Shown here: positions 34,310-49,300 of the stretch, piece after piece | Layout of the letters: each line of letters begins with the position of its first letter | Numbering within the stretch: position 1 is the stretch's first letter | Assembly: GCA_964016885.1 (NCBI GenBank) | Contig: OZ024745.1 | Span: 94,736,001-94,800,000, forward strand | DNA: 64,000 bases | Reading direction: 5' to 3' | DNA from: Eledone cirrhosa | Taxonomy: Eukaryota | Notes under the pieces: generated by a model | Seen by the model: only the letters and a program-made list of their open reading frames with translations | Database searches by the model: none | What the model was told of the DNA's origin: nothing | Program-made: the position numbers and the translations under genes

Positions 34310-34419
34310 ATCCCGCCGAGGTTGACTTTGCCTTTCATCCTTACGGGGTCGATAAAATAAAGTACCAGTAATGCACTGGGTAATTGCTGGCCTTGTGCCT
34401 AAAGTAGAAACAATTATTT
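34310..34419 (+). mobile_element. 5'-truncated SINE copy (family of 10803-11157); a shorter piece lies at ~25510-25560
   Basis: CCGCCGAGGTTGACTTTGCCTTTCATCCTTACGGGGTCGATAAAATAAAGTACCAGTAATGCACTGGG...GGCCTTGTGCC. Confidence 0.8.
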
Positions 34420-35164
34420 ATATTGGTGCTCTTGATGGTGGTACAGGTAGTGATGTATTTGTGAATAGTAGTAGAATGTTATCTTATTACCTCTGCATCA
34501 CTATAATTCACTCATCCTATGATATATTATATTTATCATATAATAAATATTCGTGTATTAGAATCATATTATTGAGTAGTAATAATCATCAGGATGATGA
34601 TGGTGAATGTTTCATGTCCGTGTTCCATGCTGGCAGTCATATATTATACAAGTAGCAATTGCTATAATTGTTTCAAGGTTCCTTATGCTAACTTAATTGT
34701 GTTATATTATACTGCGTCCAAATTAAAGTTATACACGGCTCTCATACCCTTATATACAATATTATGTTAATACAAACAGTCCTGAACATTTGATGTCTCC
34801 CGAAATATGAGTACAGAGAATTACTGCAGCACCCTAAAATCTTTTCGGTAGTCTTATTTTTATTGGAACGGTGCAGTGTTTTGTGATTTTCTATTACATT
34901 GAAAGTAGTTTTCCTAATATGTGCAGTAAATAATCCATTACGCTGTTTAATACTACCACGTGACTCTTGAGTGCTTTCAACGGAGTCCACGTTTTATAGG
35001 CCCGGTTTCCTTCTTTCCTTAGATGCCCTGAAAAAGTTCATGAATACTGCCCTTCTTTCTCTGACTAAGCCATAATAAAACATATGCAGCACCTCCATGT
35101 GTTGTGTTTTGTATGTTGTGTATGTATATGTATTGTTGTTTTGGTTACGTAATTGTCAACATGT

Positions 35165-35900
35165 CTATTTATTATTATTCTCAAGTAATTTATTATTATT
35201 CTGAAGTAATTTATTATTATGAGTATTGCTTCTATTTGTAATTCTCATATAGATATCTACTTTCAGGTATTTGTATTTAGATAATTACTTTGTTGTTTTT
35301 AGTTGAAATTGTTACACAGATTTTACCCGGTGATCTTTGACAATATCTGAAATTTGATTTAATATTTGTCGTATCGGAGTATTTTTTTTTTTACCAATAT
35401 TTAAACATATTTCCTCTTTTATTTTTAATTTGTTTTTAATAACTTCAGTTGTTTATTCATCCTCCTCACAGCAGTCTACCTCTTGCGTTAATATTCTTTG
35501 AACTTACTGAACACAGTAAGCTTTCTGCTTTGTTATGTTCATATGTTGAAGTTATATTAGTTTCCTTTTATTCAATACAAGGTATATTTGAAGTCTTAGA
35601 GTAAATATTTCTTAATAGTCTCCTAATTGTAGTCTTCGAGATGCAGCATCTTGTTCGTGGTAAACATAATCCATCTGCATCAACTTTTGCGTAGTGTAAT
35701 ATAAATTCGACCCTAAATTTCTCAGTTTTCTTAGCTATTCTTACTAATTGACCGTCTAGTTCATTAACTTTTAAGTATTTGAAAGCCTGTGTTAAGTTTA
35801 ATTCTCATATATATTTTCTTTATCTCGCGTGATATGAATGTTCTTTAGTAATTTACTTTAGTAATTTACTTTCAAATTTGCTTTAATGTATTATTATCAA
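35165..35900 (-). mobile_element. Decayed R4/Dong 3' relic
   Basis: Minus-strand AKVDADGLCLP (~35660-35690) resembles HPKADIDRIYLPR; FKY motif near 35780; TAA-like tail at ~35165-35220. Confidence 0.4.
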
Positions 35901-36839
35901 GAGAAAATATGCAAATGTTCATTCATTCTGTTCGATAATATTTTGGAGAGCAGTTTATAGAACAACGGTTCACTAGTGATAGAACAACAATTAGATCTGC
36001 CATCTGCTGGTCATTGCAAAGAAATCGTTTAACGTTCTCCAAATAAGATGCTGCTCAGGTATTTTGGTCGGATTATCTGACAAAATGTTGAAGATTGACG
36101 TTATGTGGCTGTGCAGTATGTGACATAACAACAACCAAATACTTTAAATACTGTCAATGCCAGGATGTTTCCTGTTTGTCGATGATAATTAAAGCAAGTG
36201 TCAAATAAAAACATTCGAATGTATTGAGAAGAGGAATTTTCAATTAATATTGTTATCACAAAGACTTCTAGACGGCTTTTATTTTTGTTACCTTATCATA
36301 TTATTGTTTATTTATGATTGGAAATAACCAACTGCGTCAAAACAAGAGATGTTTGTCACGGTGATAGTGCTAGCCTCGATGTCCAAAAAGAAGTATACGT
36401 CCCACAATTCTGTCCAAATGCAAATGCTGTATTAGATATTATTTTACACAAAAATTTACAATATGAAACACAAAAATAAAGAAACCTCTCTGACAAAACT
36501 ATAACAGCAAACGAAAACATCACGGCAAAAAAAAAAATGCATTTTATGGTAGGGTTTAATGTTACGGGTCAAAATAACGTCATAGATAGAAGATAACTTT
36601 AGGCGACAGAAACTGTAGAATTGGTATGTCACAAAAGAGAGTGCGTCTGTGCCTGGGGAATTTACTTAAGAATGTACAATGAGGAAAATGTATACTCCTA
36701 ATTCTTTTTTTAAGAGAGTCCATTTGTTCTGGAAAGTTGAGGTGGGGGCACTGGTAGATGAGATGAATTGGTTCGGGATTACGCAAAGAGAAAGTTTGCA
36801 GCTCTATCGACAGTCGATCGACGCGTGTCAAATTGGACC

Positions 36840-37020
36840 GAGGAAACACTGTTTCCGTTGGTCTTTCCATTTGCAAATACTCTCTATCGGCGGTAACTCC
36901 AGGTAGAAGGAGCAACGTGAAATAAAGTGTCTTGCTCAAGGACATAACGCATCACTCGGTCCAGGAATCGAACTCTCCACCTCACGATTGCGAATCCAAT
37001 TCACTTACCACTTAGCCAGG
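36840..37020 (-). mobile_element. tRNA-derived SINE of a second family
   Basis: Minus strand: A box TGGCTAAGTGG, B box GTTCGATTCC, then GTCCTTGAGCAAGACACTTT, a common central SINE motif. Confidence 0.8.
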
Positions 37021-37384
37021 CTCTATGTTTCACTTACAGCTCTATGTTTCGCTAAAAAGAGAGAAGGATTAGTATGCTCTCTAAGAAGCAATTGAGGGAA
37101 ACTCTATGTGTTGTACAGAGCAGCATCTAGTTCCTTGATCGAGGCAAACCCTTCGAAACTGTCAATCTAATCTTCAAAGCAGAAGTGAACAGGAAATTTA
37201 GGCAGAAACCATATACATCGTAGCAATTCATAGATTCATTTCTTAAAATGGATTTGGATTCCGTTCCAGATGCTGAGAAGTAAACGTCATTCTCTTCCGT
37301 AATCAACAGTACTACACCTTCACCCGATGGCAATTCAGGCTTTATAGAAGCTGGAGAGGAGTGAACGTCTATCCTGCATAGAAA

Positions 37385-40300
37385 TGTAGAACAACATCTA
37401 CGTAGAAAGACGTAAAAGACAATTAGACAGTGTAGAACAGATTCTAAGTAGAACGACGTAAAAGACAATTTGACAGTGTAGAACAGATTCTAAGTAGAAT
37501 GACGTAAACTATGATTTGACAGTGTGGAACAGATACTAAGTAGAGCTACGGAAATTATAATTTGATAGTGTAGAACAGATTCTATGTAGAATGACGTAAA
37601 AGACAATTTGACAGTGTAGAACAGATTATAAGTAGAATGAAGTAACAGATAATTTGACAGTGTAGATCAGATTCTAATTAGAATGACGTAAAAGAGAATT
37701 TGACAGTGTAGAACAGATTCTAAATAGAATGACGTAAAAGACAATTTGACAGTGTAGAAAATATTATAAGTAGAACGACGTAAACTATAATTTGACAGTA
37801 TAGAAAAGATTCTAAGTCGAATGACGTAACGGACGATTTGACAGTGTAGAAGAGATTATAAGTAGAATCACCTAAAAGACAATTTGAGAGTGTAGAACAG
37901 ATTCTAATCAGAAAGACGTAAAAGACAATTTGACAGTGTAGAACAGATTCTAAGTAGAATGTCGTAAAAGACAATTAGACTGTGTAGAACATATTATAAG
38001 TACAACGACGTAAACTAAAATTTGACAGTGTAGAACAGATTCTAATCAGAATGACGTAAAAGACAAATTGACAGTCTTGGACACATTCTAAGTAGAATGA
38101 CGTAAAAGACAATTTCACAGTGTAGAACATATAAGTAGGACGACGTAAAGTATAATTTGATAGTGTGGAACAGATACTAACTAGAGCGACGTAAACTATA
38201 ATTTAACAGTGTAGAACAGATTCTAAGTAGAATGAAGTAAAAGACAATTAGACTGTGTAGAACAGATTCTAATTAGAATGACGTAAACTATAATTTGACA
38301 GTGTAGAGAAGATTCTAAGTCGAATGACGTAACAGAAAATTTGACAGTGTAGAAGAGATTCTAAGTAGAATGACGTAAAAGACAATTTGACAGTGTAGAA
38401 CAGATTCTAAGTAGAGTGACGTAAACTATAATTTGACAGTGTAGAACAGATTCTAATCTGAATGACGTAAAACACAATTTGACAGTGTAGAACAGATTCT
38501 AAGTAGAATGTCATAAAAGACAATTTGACTGGGTAGAACAGATTCTATGTAGAATGACGTAGAATACAATTTGACAGTGTAGAACAGATTCTAAGTAGAA
38601 TGAGGTTAACTATAATTTGACAGTGTATAACAGATTCTAATCAGAATGAAGTAAAAGATAATTTGACAGTGTAAAACCGATTCTAATCAGGATGACGTAA
38701 AAGACAATTTGAAAGTGTAGAACAGATTCAAAGTAGAATGACGTAAAAGAAAATTTGACAGTGTAGAACATATTATAAGTACAACGACGTAAACTAAAAT
38801 TTGACAGTGTAGAACAGATTCTAATCAGAATGACGTAAAAGACAATTTGACAGTGTAGGACACGTTCTAAGTAGAATGACGTAAAAGACAATTTCACAGT
38901 GTAGAACATATAAGTAGGAAGACGTAAACTATAATTTGATAGAGTGGTACAGATACTAACTAGAGCGACGTAAACTATAATTTGACAATGCAGAACAGAT
39001 TCTATGTAGAATGATGTAAAAGACAATTTAACAGTGTAGAACAGATTCTAAGTAGAATGAAGTAAAAGAGAATTTGACAGTGTAGAACAGATTCTAAGTA
39101 GAATGTCATGAAAGACAATTTGACTGGGTAGAACAGATTCTAAGTAGAATGATGTAAAAGAGAATTTGACAGTGTAGAAACGATTCTAAGTAGAATGACG
39201 TAAAGTATAATTTGACAGTGTAGAACAGATTCAAAGTAGAATGACATAAACTATAATTTGACATGTAGAACAGATTCTAATCAGAAAGACGGAAAACATA
39301 ATTTGACAGTGTAGAACAGATTATAAGTAGAAAGACGTAACTGACAATTTGACTGTGTAGAACAGATTCTAATTAGAGTGACGTAAACTATAATTTGATA
39401 GTGTAGAACAGATTCTAATTAGAATGACGTAAACTATAATTTGACAGTGTAGAACAGATTCTAAGAAGAATGACGTAAAAGACAATTTGACAGTGGAGAA
39501 CAGATTCTAAATAGAATGACTTAAACTATAATTTGACAGTGGAGAACAGATTCTAATCAGAATAACGTAAAAGACAATTTGACAGTGTAGAACAGATTTT
39601 AAATAGAATGACATAAAAGACAATTTCACAGTGTAGAACATATTATAAGTAGAACGACGTAAACTATAATTTAACAATGCAGAACAGATTCTATGTAGAA
39701 TGACGTAAAAGAAAATTTGACAGAGTAGAACAGGTTATAAGTAGAAAGACGTAACTGACAATTTGACAGTGTAGAACAGATTCTATGTAGAATGACGTAA
39801 CAGACAATTTGACAGTATAGACCAGATTCTAAGTAGAATGTCGTAAAAGACAATTAGACTGTGTAGAAAAGATTCTAATTAGAATGACGTAAACTATAAT
39901 TTGACAGTGTAGATAAGATTCTAAGTCGAATGACTTAACAGACAATTTGACAGTGTACAAGAGATTCTAAGTAGAGTGACGTAAATTATAATTTGCCAGT
40001 GCAGAACAGATTCTAATTAGAATTACGTAAAAGACAATTTGACAATGTAGAACAGATTCTAAGTAGAATGACGTAAAAGACAATTTGACAGTGTAGAACA
40101 TATTATAACTAGAACGACGTAAACTAAAATTTGACAGTGTAGAACAAATTCTAAGTAGAATGACGTAAAAGATAATTTGACAGTGTAGAACAGGTTCTAA
40201 TCATAATGACGTAAAAGACATTTTGACAGTGTAGAACAGATTCCAAGTAGAATGAAGTAAAAGAAAATTTGACAGTGTAGAACATATTATAAGTAGAACA

Positions 40301-43300
40301 ACGTAAACTATAATTTGATAGTGTGGAACATATACTAAGTAGAGCGACGTAAACCATAATTTGACAATGCAGAACTGATTCTATGTAGAAGGACGTAAAA
40401 GACAATTTGACAGTGTAGAACAGATTACAAGTAGAAAGACGTAACTGACAATTTGACTGTGTAGAACAGATTCTAATTAGAGTGACGTAAACTATAATTG
40501 ACAGTGAAGAACAGATTCTAAATAGAATGACGTAAAAGACAATTCGACAGTGTAAAACATATAAGTAGAACGACTTAAACTATAATTTGATAGTGTAGAA
40601 CAGATTCTAATTAGAATGACGTAAACTATAATTTGACAGTGTAGAACAGATTCTAAGAAGAATGACGTAAAAGACAATTTGACAGTGGAGAACAGATTCT
40701 AAATAGAATGACTTAAACTATAATTTGACAGTGGAGAACAGATTCTAATCAGGATGACGTGAAAGACAATTTGACAGTGTAGAACAGATTTTAAATAGAA
40801 TGGACATAAAAGACAATTTCACAGTGTAGAACATATTATAAGTAGAACGACGTAAACTATAATTTAACAATGCTGAACAGATTCTATGTAGAATGATGTA
40901 AAAGAAAATTTGACAGTGTATAACAGATTATAAGTAGAAAGACGTAACTGACAAATTGACAGTGTACAACTGATTCTATGTAGAATGACGTAACAGACAA
41001 TTTGACATTATAGACCAGATTCTAAATAGAATGTCGTAAAAGACAATTAGACTGGGTAGAAAAGATTCTAATTAGAATGACGTAAACTATAATTTGACAG
41101 TGTAGATAAGATTCTAAGTCCAATGACTTAACAGACAATTTGACAGTGTACAAGAGATTCTAAATAGAGTGACATAAAGTATAATTTGCCAGTGCAGAAC
41201 AGATTCTAATTAGAATTACGTAAAAGACAATTTGACAGTGTAGAACAGATTCTAAGTAGAATGACGTAAACTAAAATTTGACAGTGTAGAACACATTCTA
41301 AGTAGAATGGCGTAAATGATAACTTGACAGTGTAGAAAAGGTTCTAATCATAATTAGGTAAACGACATTTTGACAGTGTAGAACAGATTCTAAGTAGAAT
41401 GTCATAAAAGAGAATGTGACAGTGTAGAACAGATTCTAATTAGAATGACGTAAACTATAATTTGACAGTGTAGAGCAGATTCTAAGAAGAAAGACGTAAA
41501 CTATAATTTGACAGTGTAGAAGAGTTTCTAAGTAGAATGACGTAAAAGACAATTTGAAGTGTAGAACAGATTCTAATTCGAATGACGTAACATACAAAAT
41601 GACAGTGTAGAACAGATTCTAAGTAGAATGACGCAAACTATAATTTGACATTGTAGAACAGGTTCTAATCAGAATGACGAAAAAGACAATTTTACAGTGT
41701 AGAACAAATTCTAATTTGAATGACGAAAGTATAATTTGACAGTGTAGACCAAATTATAAGTAGAACGACGTAAACTATAACTTGATTGTGTAGAACAAAT
41801 TCTAATTAGAATGACATAAACTATAATTTTGGCAGTGTCGAACAGATTCTAATCAGTATGACGTAAAAGACAATTTGACAGTGTAGAACAGATTCTAAGT
41901 AGAATGACGTAAACTATAATTTGATAGAGTGGAACAGATTCTAGGTGACGAGAAAGACAATTTGACAGTGTAGAAGAGATTCTAAGTAGAGTGACGAAAA
42001 ATATTATTCGACAGACAGTGTAGATCAGATTCTAATTAGAATGACGTAAAATAGAATAGGCAGTGTAGAACAGATTATAAGTAGAAAGTCGTAACTGACA
42101 ACCTGACAGTGTAGAACAGATTCTATGTAGAATGACATAACAGACAATTTGACAGTGTAGAATAGATTTTAACTAGAATGACGTAAACTATAATTTGATA
42201 GTGTAGAAGAGATTCTAAGTAGAATGACGTAAAAGAAAATTTGAAGTGTAGAACAGATTCTAAGTCGAATGACGTAACAAACAATTTGACAGTGTAGAAC
42301 AGATTCTAAATAGAATGACGTAAACTATAATTTGACAGTTTAGAACATATTATAAGTAGAACGACGTTAACTATAATTTGACATTGTAGAACAGATTCTA
42401 AGTAGAATGACGTAAAGTATGATTTGACAGTGTAGAATGGATTCTAAGTAGAATGACGTAAAAGAAAATTTGACTGCGTAGAACAGATTCTAATTAGAGT
42501 GACGTAAACTATAATTGACAGTGAAGTACATATTCTAAATACAATGACGTAAAAGACAATTCGACAGTGTAAAACATATAAGTAGAATGACGTAAACTAT
42601 ATATTGATAGTCTAGAACAGATTCTAATTAGAATGACGTAAACTATAATTTGACAGTGTAGAACAGATTCTAAGAAGAATGACGTAAAAGACAATTTGAC
42701 AGTGGAGAACAGATTTTAAATAGAATGACATAAAAGACAATTTCACAGTAAACTATAATTTAACAATGCAGAACAGATTCTAAATAGAATGATATAAAAG
42801 ACAATTTCACAGTGTAGAACATATTATAAGTAGAAAGACGTAACTGACAATTTGACAGTGTAGAACAGATTCTACGTAGAATGACGTAACAGACAATTTG
42901 ACAGTATAGAAAAGATTCTAAGTAGAATGTCGTAAAAGACAATTAGACTGTGTAGAACAGATTCTAATTAGAATGACGTAGACTATAATTTGACAGTGTA
43001 GAGAAGATTCTTACTCGAATGACGTTACAGGCAATTTGACAGTGTAGAAGAGATTCTAAGCAGAATGACGATAAAGACAATTTGACAGTGTAGAACAGAT
43101 TCTAAGTAGAGTGACGTAAACTATATCTTGCCAGTGCAGAACAGATTCTAAGTAGAATGTCATAAAAGACAATTTGACTGGGTAGAACAGATTCTAATTA
43201 GAATGACGTAAACTATAATTTGAGTGTGTAGAGCAGATTCTAAGTAGAATAACGTAAACTATAATTTGACATGTAGAACAGATTCTAATCAGAAAGTTGG

Positions 43301-46300
43301 AAAAGATAATTTGAGAGTGTATAAAAGATTCTAATCAGAATGACGTAAAAGACAATTTGACAGTGTAGAACTGATTCTAAGTCGAATGACCTAAAAGACA
43401 ATTTGACAGTGTAGAACATATTATAACTAGAACGACGTAAACTCAAATGTGACAGTGTAGAACAGATTCTAATCATAATGACGTAAAAGACAATTTGACA
43501 GTGTAGAACAGATTCCAAGTAGAATGAAGTAAAAGACAATTTGAGAGTGTAGAACATATTATAAGTAGAACAACGTAAACTAAAATTTGAGAGTGTAGAA
43601 CAGATTCTATGTAGATTGACGTAAAAGACAAATTGACAGTGTAGAACAGATTCTAAGTTGAAAGATGTAAGAGACAATTTGACAGTGTAGAACAGATTCT
43701 AAGTAGAATGACGTAAACTATAATTGGACAGTGTAGAACATATAAGTAGAACGACGTTAACTATAATTTGATAGTGTGGAACAGATACTAAGTAGAGCGA
43801 CGTAAATTATAATTTGACAATGCAGAACAGTTTCAATGTAGAATGACGTAAAAGACAATTTAACAGTGTACAACATATTCTAATTAGAATGACGTAAACC
43901 ATAATTTGACAGTGTAGAGCAGATTCTAAGTAGAATGACGTAAACTATAAGTTGACAGTGTAGGACATATTCTAAGTAGAATGACGTAAAAGATAATTTG
44001 ACAGTGTAGATCAGATTCTAGTTAGAATGACGTAAAAGAGAATTTGACAGTTTAGAACAGATTCTAAGTAGAACGACGTAAACTAAAATTTGACAGTGTA
44101 GAACAGATTCTAAGTAGAATGACATAAAATATAATTTGACTGTGGAGAACAGATTTTAATCAGAATGACGTAAAAGCCAATTTGAACAGATTTTATGTAG
44201 AATGATGTAAAAGACAATTTCACAGTGTAGAACATATTATTAGTAGAACGACGTAAACTATAATTTAATAGTTTGGAACATATACTAACTAGAGCGACGT
44301 AAACCATAATTTGACAATGCAGAACAGATTCTATTTAGAATGACGTAAAAGACAATATAACAGTGTAGAACAGATTCTAAGTAGAATGAAGTAAAAGATA
44401 ACTTGACAGTGTAGATCAGATTCTAATGAGGATGACGTAAAATAGAATTTGACAGTGTAGAACAGATTCTAAGTAGGATGACGTAAACTATAATTTGACA
44501 GTGTAGAACAGATTCTAAGTAGAATGACGTAAAAGATAATTTGACTGTGTAGAACAGATTCTAATCATAATGACGTAAACGACATTTTGACAGTGTAGAA
44601 CAGATTCCAAGTAGAATGAAGTAAAAGACAATTTGACAGTGTAGAACATATTATAAGTAGAACAACGTAAACTATAATTTGATAGTGTGGAACATATACT
44701 AAATAGAGCGACTTAAACCATAATTTAACAATGCAGAACAGATTCTATGTAGAATGACGTAACAGACAATTTGACAGTGTAGAGAAGATTCTTACTCGAA
44801 TGACGTTACAGGCAATTTGACAGTGTAGAAGAGATTCTAAGAAGAATGACGATAAAGACAATTTGACAGTGTAGAACTGATTCTAAGTAGAGTGGAGTAA
44901 ATTATAACATGCCAGTGCAGAACAGATTCTAAGTAGAATGTCATAAAAGACAATTTGACTGAGTAGAACAGATTCTAATTAGAATGACGTAAACTATAAT
45001 TTGAGTGTGTAGAGCAGATTCTAAGTAGAATAACGTAAACTATAATTGACAGTGAAGAACAGATTCTAAATAGAATGACGTAAAAGACAATTTGACAGTG
45101 TCGAACAGATTCTAAGTAGAATGACGTAAAATATAATTTGACAGTGTAGAACATATTATGACTAGAACGACGTAAACTAAAATGTGACAGTGTAGAACAG
45201 ATTCTAATCATAATGACGTAAAAGACAATTTGACAGTGTAGAACAGATTCCAAGTAGAATGAAGTAAAGACAATTTGACAGTGTAGAACATATTATAAGT
45301 AGAACAAGGTAAACTAAAATTTGAGAGTGTAGAACAGATTCTAATTAGATTGACGTAAAAGACAAATTGACAGTGTAGAACAGATTCTAAGTAGAAAAAT
45401 GTAGGAGACAATTTGACAGTGTAGAACAGCTTCTAAGTAGAATGACGTAAACTATAATTGGACAGTGTAGAACATATTATAAGTAGAACGACGTTAATAT
45501 AATTTGATAGTGTGGAACAGATACTAAGTAGAGTGACGTAAATTATAATTTGACAATGCAGAACAGTTTCAATGCAGAATGACGTAAAAGACAATTTAAC
45601 AGTGTAGAACATATTCTAATTAGAATGACGTAAACTATAATTTGACAGTGTAGAGCAGATTCTAAGTAGAATGACGTAAACTATAATTTGACAGTGTAGG
45701 ACAGATTCTAAGTAGAATGACGTAAAAGATAATTTGACAGTGTAGATCAGATTCTAATTAGAATGACGTAAAAGAGAATTTGACGGTTTAGAAGAGATTC
45801 TAAGTAGAATAACGGAAACTAAAATTTGACAGTGTAGAACAGATTCTAAGTAGAATGACATAAAATATAATTTGACTGTGGAGAACAGATTTTAATTAGA
45901 ATGACATAAAAGACAATTTGGCAGTGTAGAACAGATTATTTGTAGAAAGTCATAACTGACAACCTGACAGTGTAGAACAGATTCTATGTAGAATGACGTA
46001 ACAGACAATTTGACAGTGTAGAATAGATTTTAACTAGAATGACGTAAATTATAAGTTGATAGTGTAGAACAGATTCTAATTAGAGTGACGTAAAATATAA
46101 TTGACAGTGAAGAACAGATTCTAAATAGAATGACGTAAAAGACAATTCGACAGTTTAGAACATATAAGTAGAACGACGTTATCTATAATTTGATAGTGTA
46201 GAACAGATTCTAATTAGAATGACGTAAACTATAATTTGACAGTGTAGAACAGATTCTAGGAAGAATGACGTAAAAGACAATTTGACAGTGGAGAACAGAT

Positions 46301-49300
46301 TCTATGTAGAATGACGTAAACTATAATTTCACAGTGGAGAACAGATTCTAATCAAAATGAAATAAAAGACAATTTGACAGTGTAGAACAGATTCTAAATA
46401 GAATGATATAAAAGACAATTTCACAGTGTAGAACATATTATTAGTAGAAAGACGTAACTGACAATTTGACAGTGTAGAAAAGATTCTAAGTAGAATATCG
46501 TAAAAGACAATTAGACTGTGTAGAACAGATTCTAATTAGAATGACGTAAACTATAATTTGACAGTGTAGATAAGATTCTAAGTCGAATGACTTAACCGAC
46601 AATTTGACAGTGTAGAAAAGATTCAAAGTAGAGTGACGTAAAGTATAATTTGCCAGTGCAGAACAGATTCTAACTAGAATTACGTAAAAGACAATTTGAC
46701 AGTGTAGAACAGATTCTAAGTAGAATGACGTAAAAGACAATTTGACAGTGGAGAACAGATTTTAAATAGAATGACATAAAAGACAATTTCACAGTAAACT
46801 ATAATTTAACAATGCAGAACAGATTCTAAATAGAATGATATAAAAGACAATTTCACAGTGTAGAACATATTATAAGTAGAAAGACGTAACTGACAATTTG
46901 ACAGTGTAGAACAGATTCTACGTAGAATGACGTAACAGACAATTTGACAGTATAGAAAAGATTCTAAGTAGAATGTCGTAAAAGACAATTAGACTGTGTA
47001 GAACAGATTCTAATTAGAATGACGTAGACTATAATTTGACAGTGTAGAGAAGATTCTTACTCGAATGACGTTACAGGCAATTTGACAGTGTAGAAGAGAT
47101 TCTAAGCAGAATGACGATAAAGACAATTTGACAGTGTAGAACAGATTCTAAGTAGAGTGACGTAAACTATATCTTGCCAGTGCAGAACAGATTCTAAGTA
47201 GAATGTCATAAAAGACAATTTGACTGGGTAGAACAGATTCTAATTAGAATGACGTAAACTATAATTTGAGTGTGTAGAGCAGATTCTAAGTAGAATAACG
47301 TAAACTATAATTTGACATGTAGAACAGATTCTAATCAGAAAGTTGGAAAAGATAATTTGAGAGTGTATAAAAGATTCTAATCAGAATGACGTAAAAGACA
47401 ATTTGACAGTGTAGAACTGATTCTAAGTCGAATGACCTAAAAGACAATTTGACAGTGTAGAACATATTATAACTAGAACGACGTAAACTCAAATGTGACA
47501 GTGTAGAACAGATTCTAATCATAATGACGTAAAAGACAATTTGACAGTGTAGAACAGATTCCAAGTAGAATGAAGTAAAAGACAATTTGAGAGTGTAGAA
47601 CATATTATAAGTAGAACAACGTAAACTAAAATTTGAGAGTGTAGAACAGATTCTATGTAGATTGACGTAAAAGACAAATTGACAGTGTAGAACAGATTCT
47701 AAGTTGAAAGATGTAAGAGACAATTTGACAGTGTAGAACAGATTCTAAGTAGAATGACGTAAACTATAATTGGACAGTGTAGAACATATAAGTAGAACGA
47801 CGTTAACTATAATTTGATAGTGTGGAACAGATACTAAGTAGAGCGACGTAAATTATAATTTGACAATGCAGAACAGTTTCAATGTAGAATGACGTAAAAG
47901 ACAATTTAACAGTGTACAACATATTCTAATTAGAATGACGTAAACCATAATTTGACAGTGTAGAGCAGATTCTAAGTAGAATGACGTAAACTATAAGTTG
48001 ACAGTGTAGGACATATTCTAAGTAGAATGACGTAAAAGATAATTTGACAGTGTAGATCAGATTCTAGTTAGAATGACGTAAAAGAGAATTTGACAGTTTA
48101 GAACAGATTCTAAGTAGAACGACGTAAACTAAAATTTGACAGTGTAGAACAGATTCTAAGTAGAATGACATAAAATATAATTTGACTGTGGAGAACAGAT
48201 TTTAATCAGAATGACGTAAAAGACAATTTGGCAGTGTAGAACAGATTTTATGTAGAATGACGTAAAAGACAATTTCACAGTGTAGAACATATTATTAGTA
48301 GAACGACGTAAACTATAATTTGATAGTTTGGAATATATACTAACTAGAGGGACGTAAACCATAATTTGACACTGCAGAACAGATTCTATTTAGAATGACG
48401 TAAAAGACAATTTCACAGTGTAGAACATATTATTAGTAGAACGACGTAAACTATAATTTGACAGTGTAGAGCAGATTCTAAGTAGAATGACGTAAACTAT
48501 AATTTGACAGTGTAGGACATATTCTAAGTAGAATGACGTAAACTATAATTTGACAGTGTAGGACATATTCTAAGTAGAATGACGTAAAAGAGAATTTGAC
48601 AGTTTAGAACAGATTCTAAGTAGAACGACGTAAACTAAAATTTGACAGTGTAGAACAGATTCTAAGTAGAATGACATAAAATATAATTTGACTGTGGAGA
48701 ACAGATTTTAATCAGAATGACGTAAAAGCCAATTTGAACAGATTTTATGTAGAATGATGTAAAAGACAATTTCACAGTGTAGAACATATTATTAGTAGAA
48801 CGACGTAAACTATAATTTAATAGTTTGGAACATATACTAACTAGAGCGACGTAAACCATAATTTGACAATGCAGAACAGATTCTATTTAGAATGACGTAA
48901 AAGACAATATAACAGTGTAGAACAGATTCTAAGTAGAATGAAGTAAAAGATAACTTGACAGTGTAGATCAGATTCTAATGAGGATGACGTAAAATAGAAT
49001 TTGACAGTGTAGAACAGATTCTAAGTAGGATGACGTAAACTATAATTTGACAGTGTAGAACAGATTCTAAGTAGAATGACGTAAAAGATAATTTGACTGT
49101 GTAGAACAGATTCTAATCATAATGACGTAAACGACATTTTGACAGTGTAGAACAGATTCCAAGTAGAATGAAGTAAAAGACAATTTGACAGTGTAGAACA
49201 TATTATAAGTAGAACAACGTAAACTATAATTTGATAGTGTGGAACATATACTAAATAGAGCGACTTAAACCATAATTTAACAATGCAGAACAGATTCTAT

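Noticed and set aside
33678-34360. His/Gln-rich or Val-rich protein ORFs
   Set aside because: Degenerate GGT/GAT low-complexity sequence, open in several frames on both strands.
36945-37020. tRNA gene
   Set aside because: A and B boxes are present but there is no complete cloverleaf, and the sequence continues into a SINE body.
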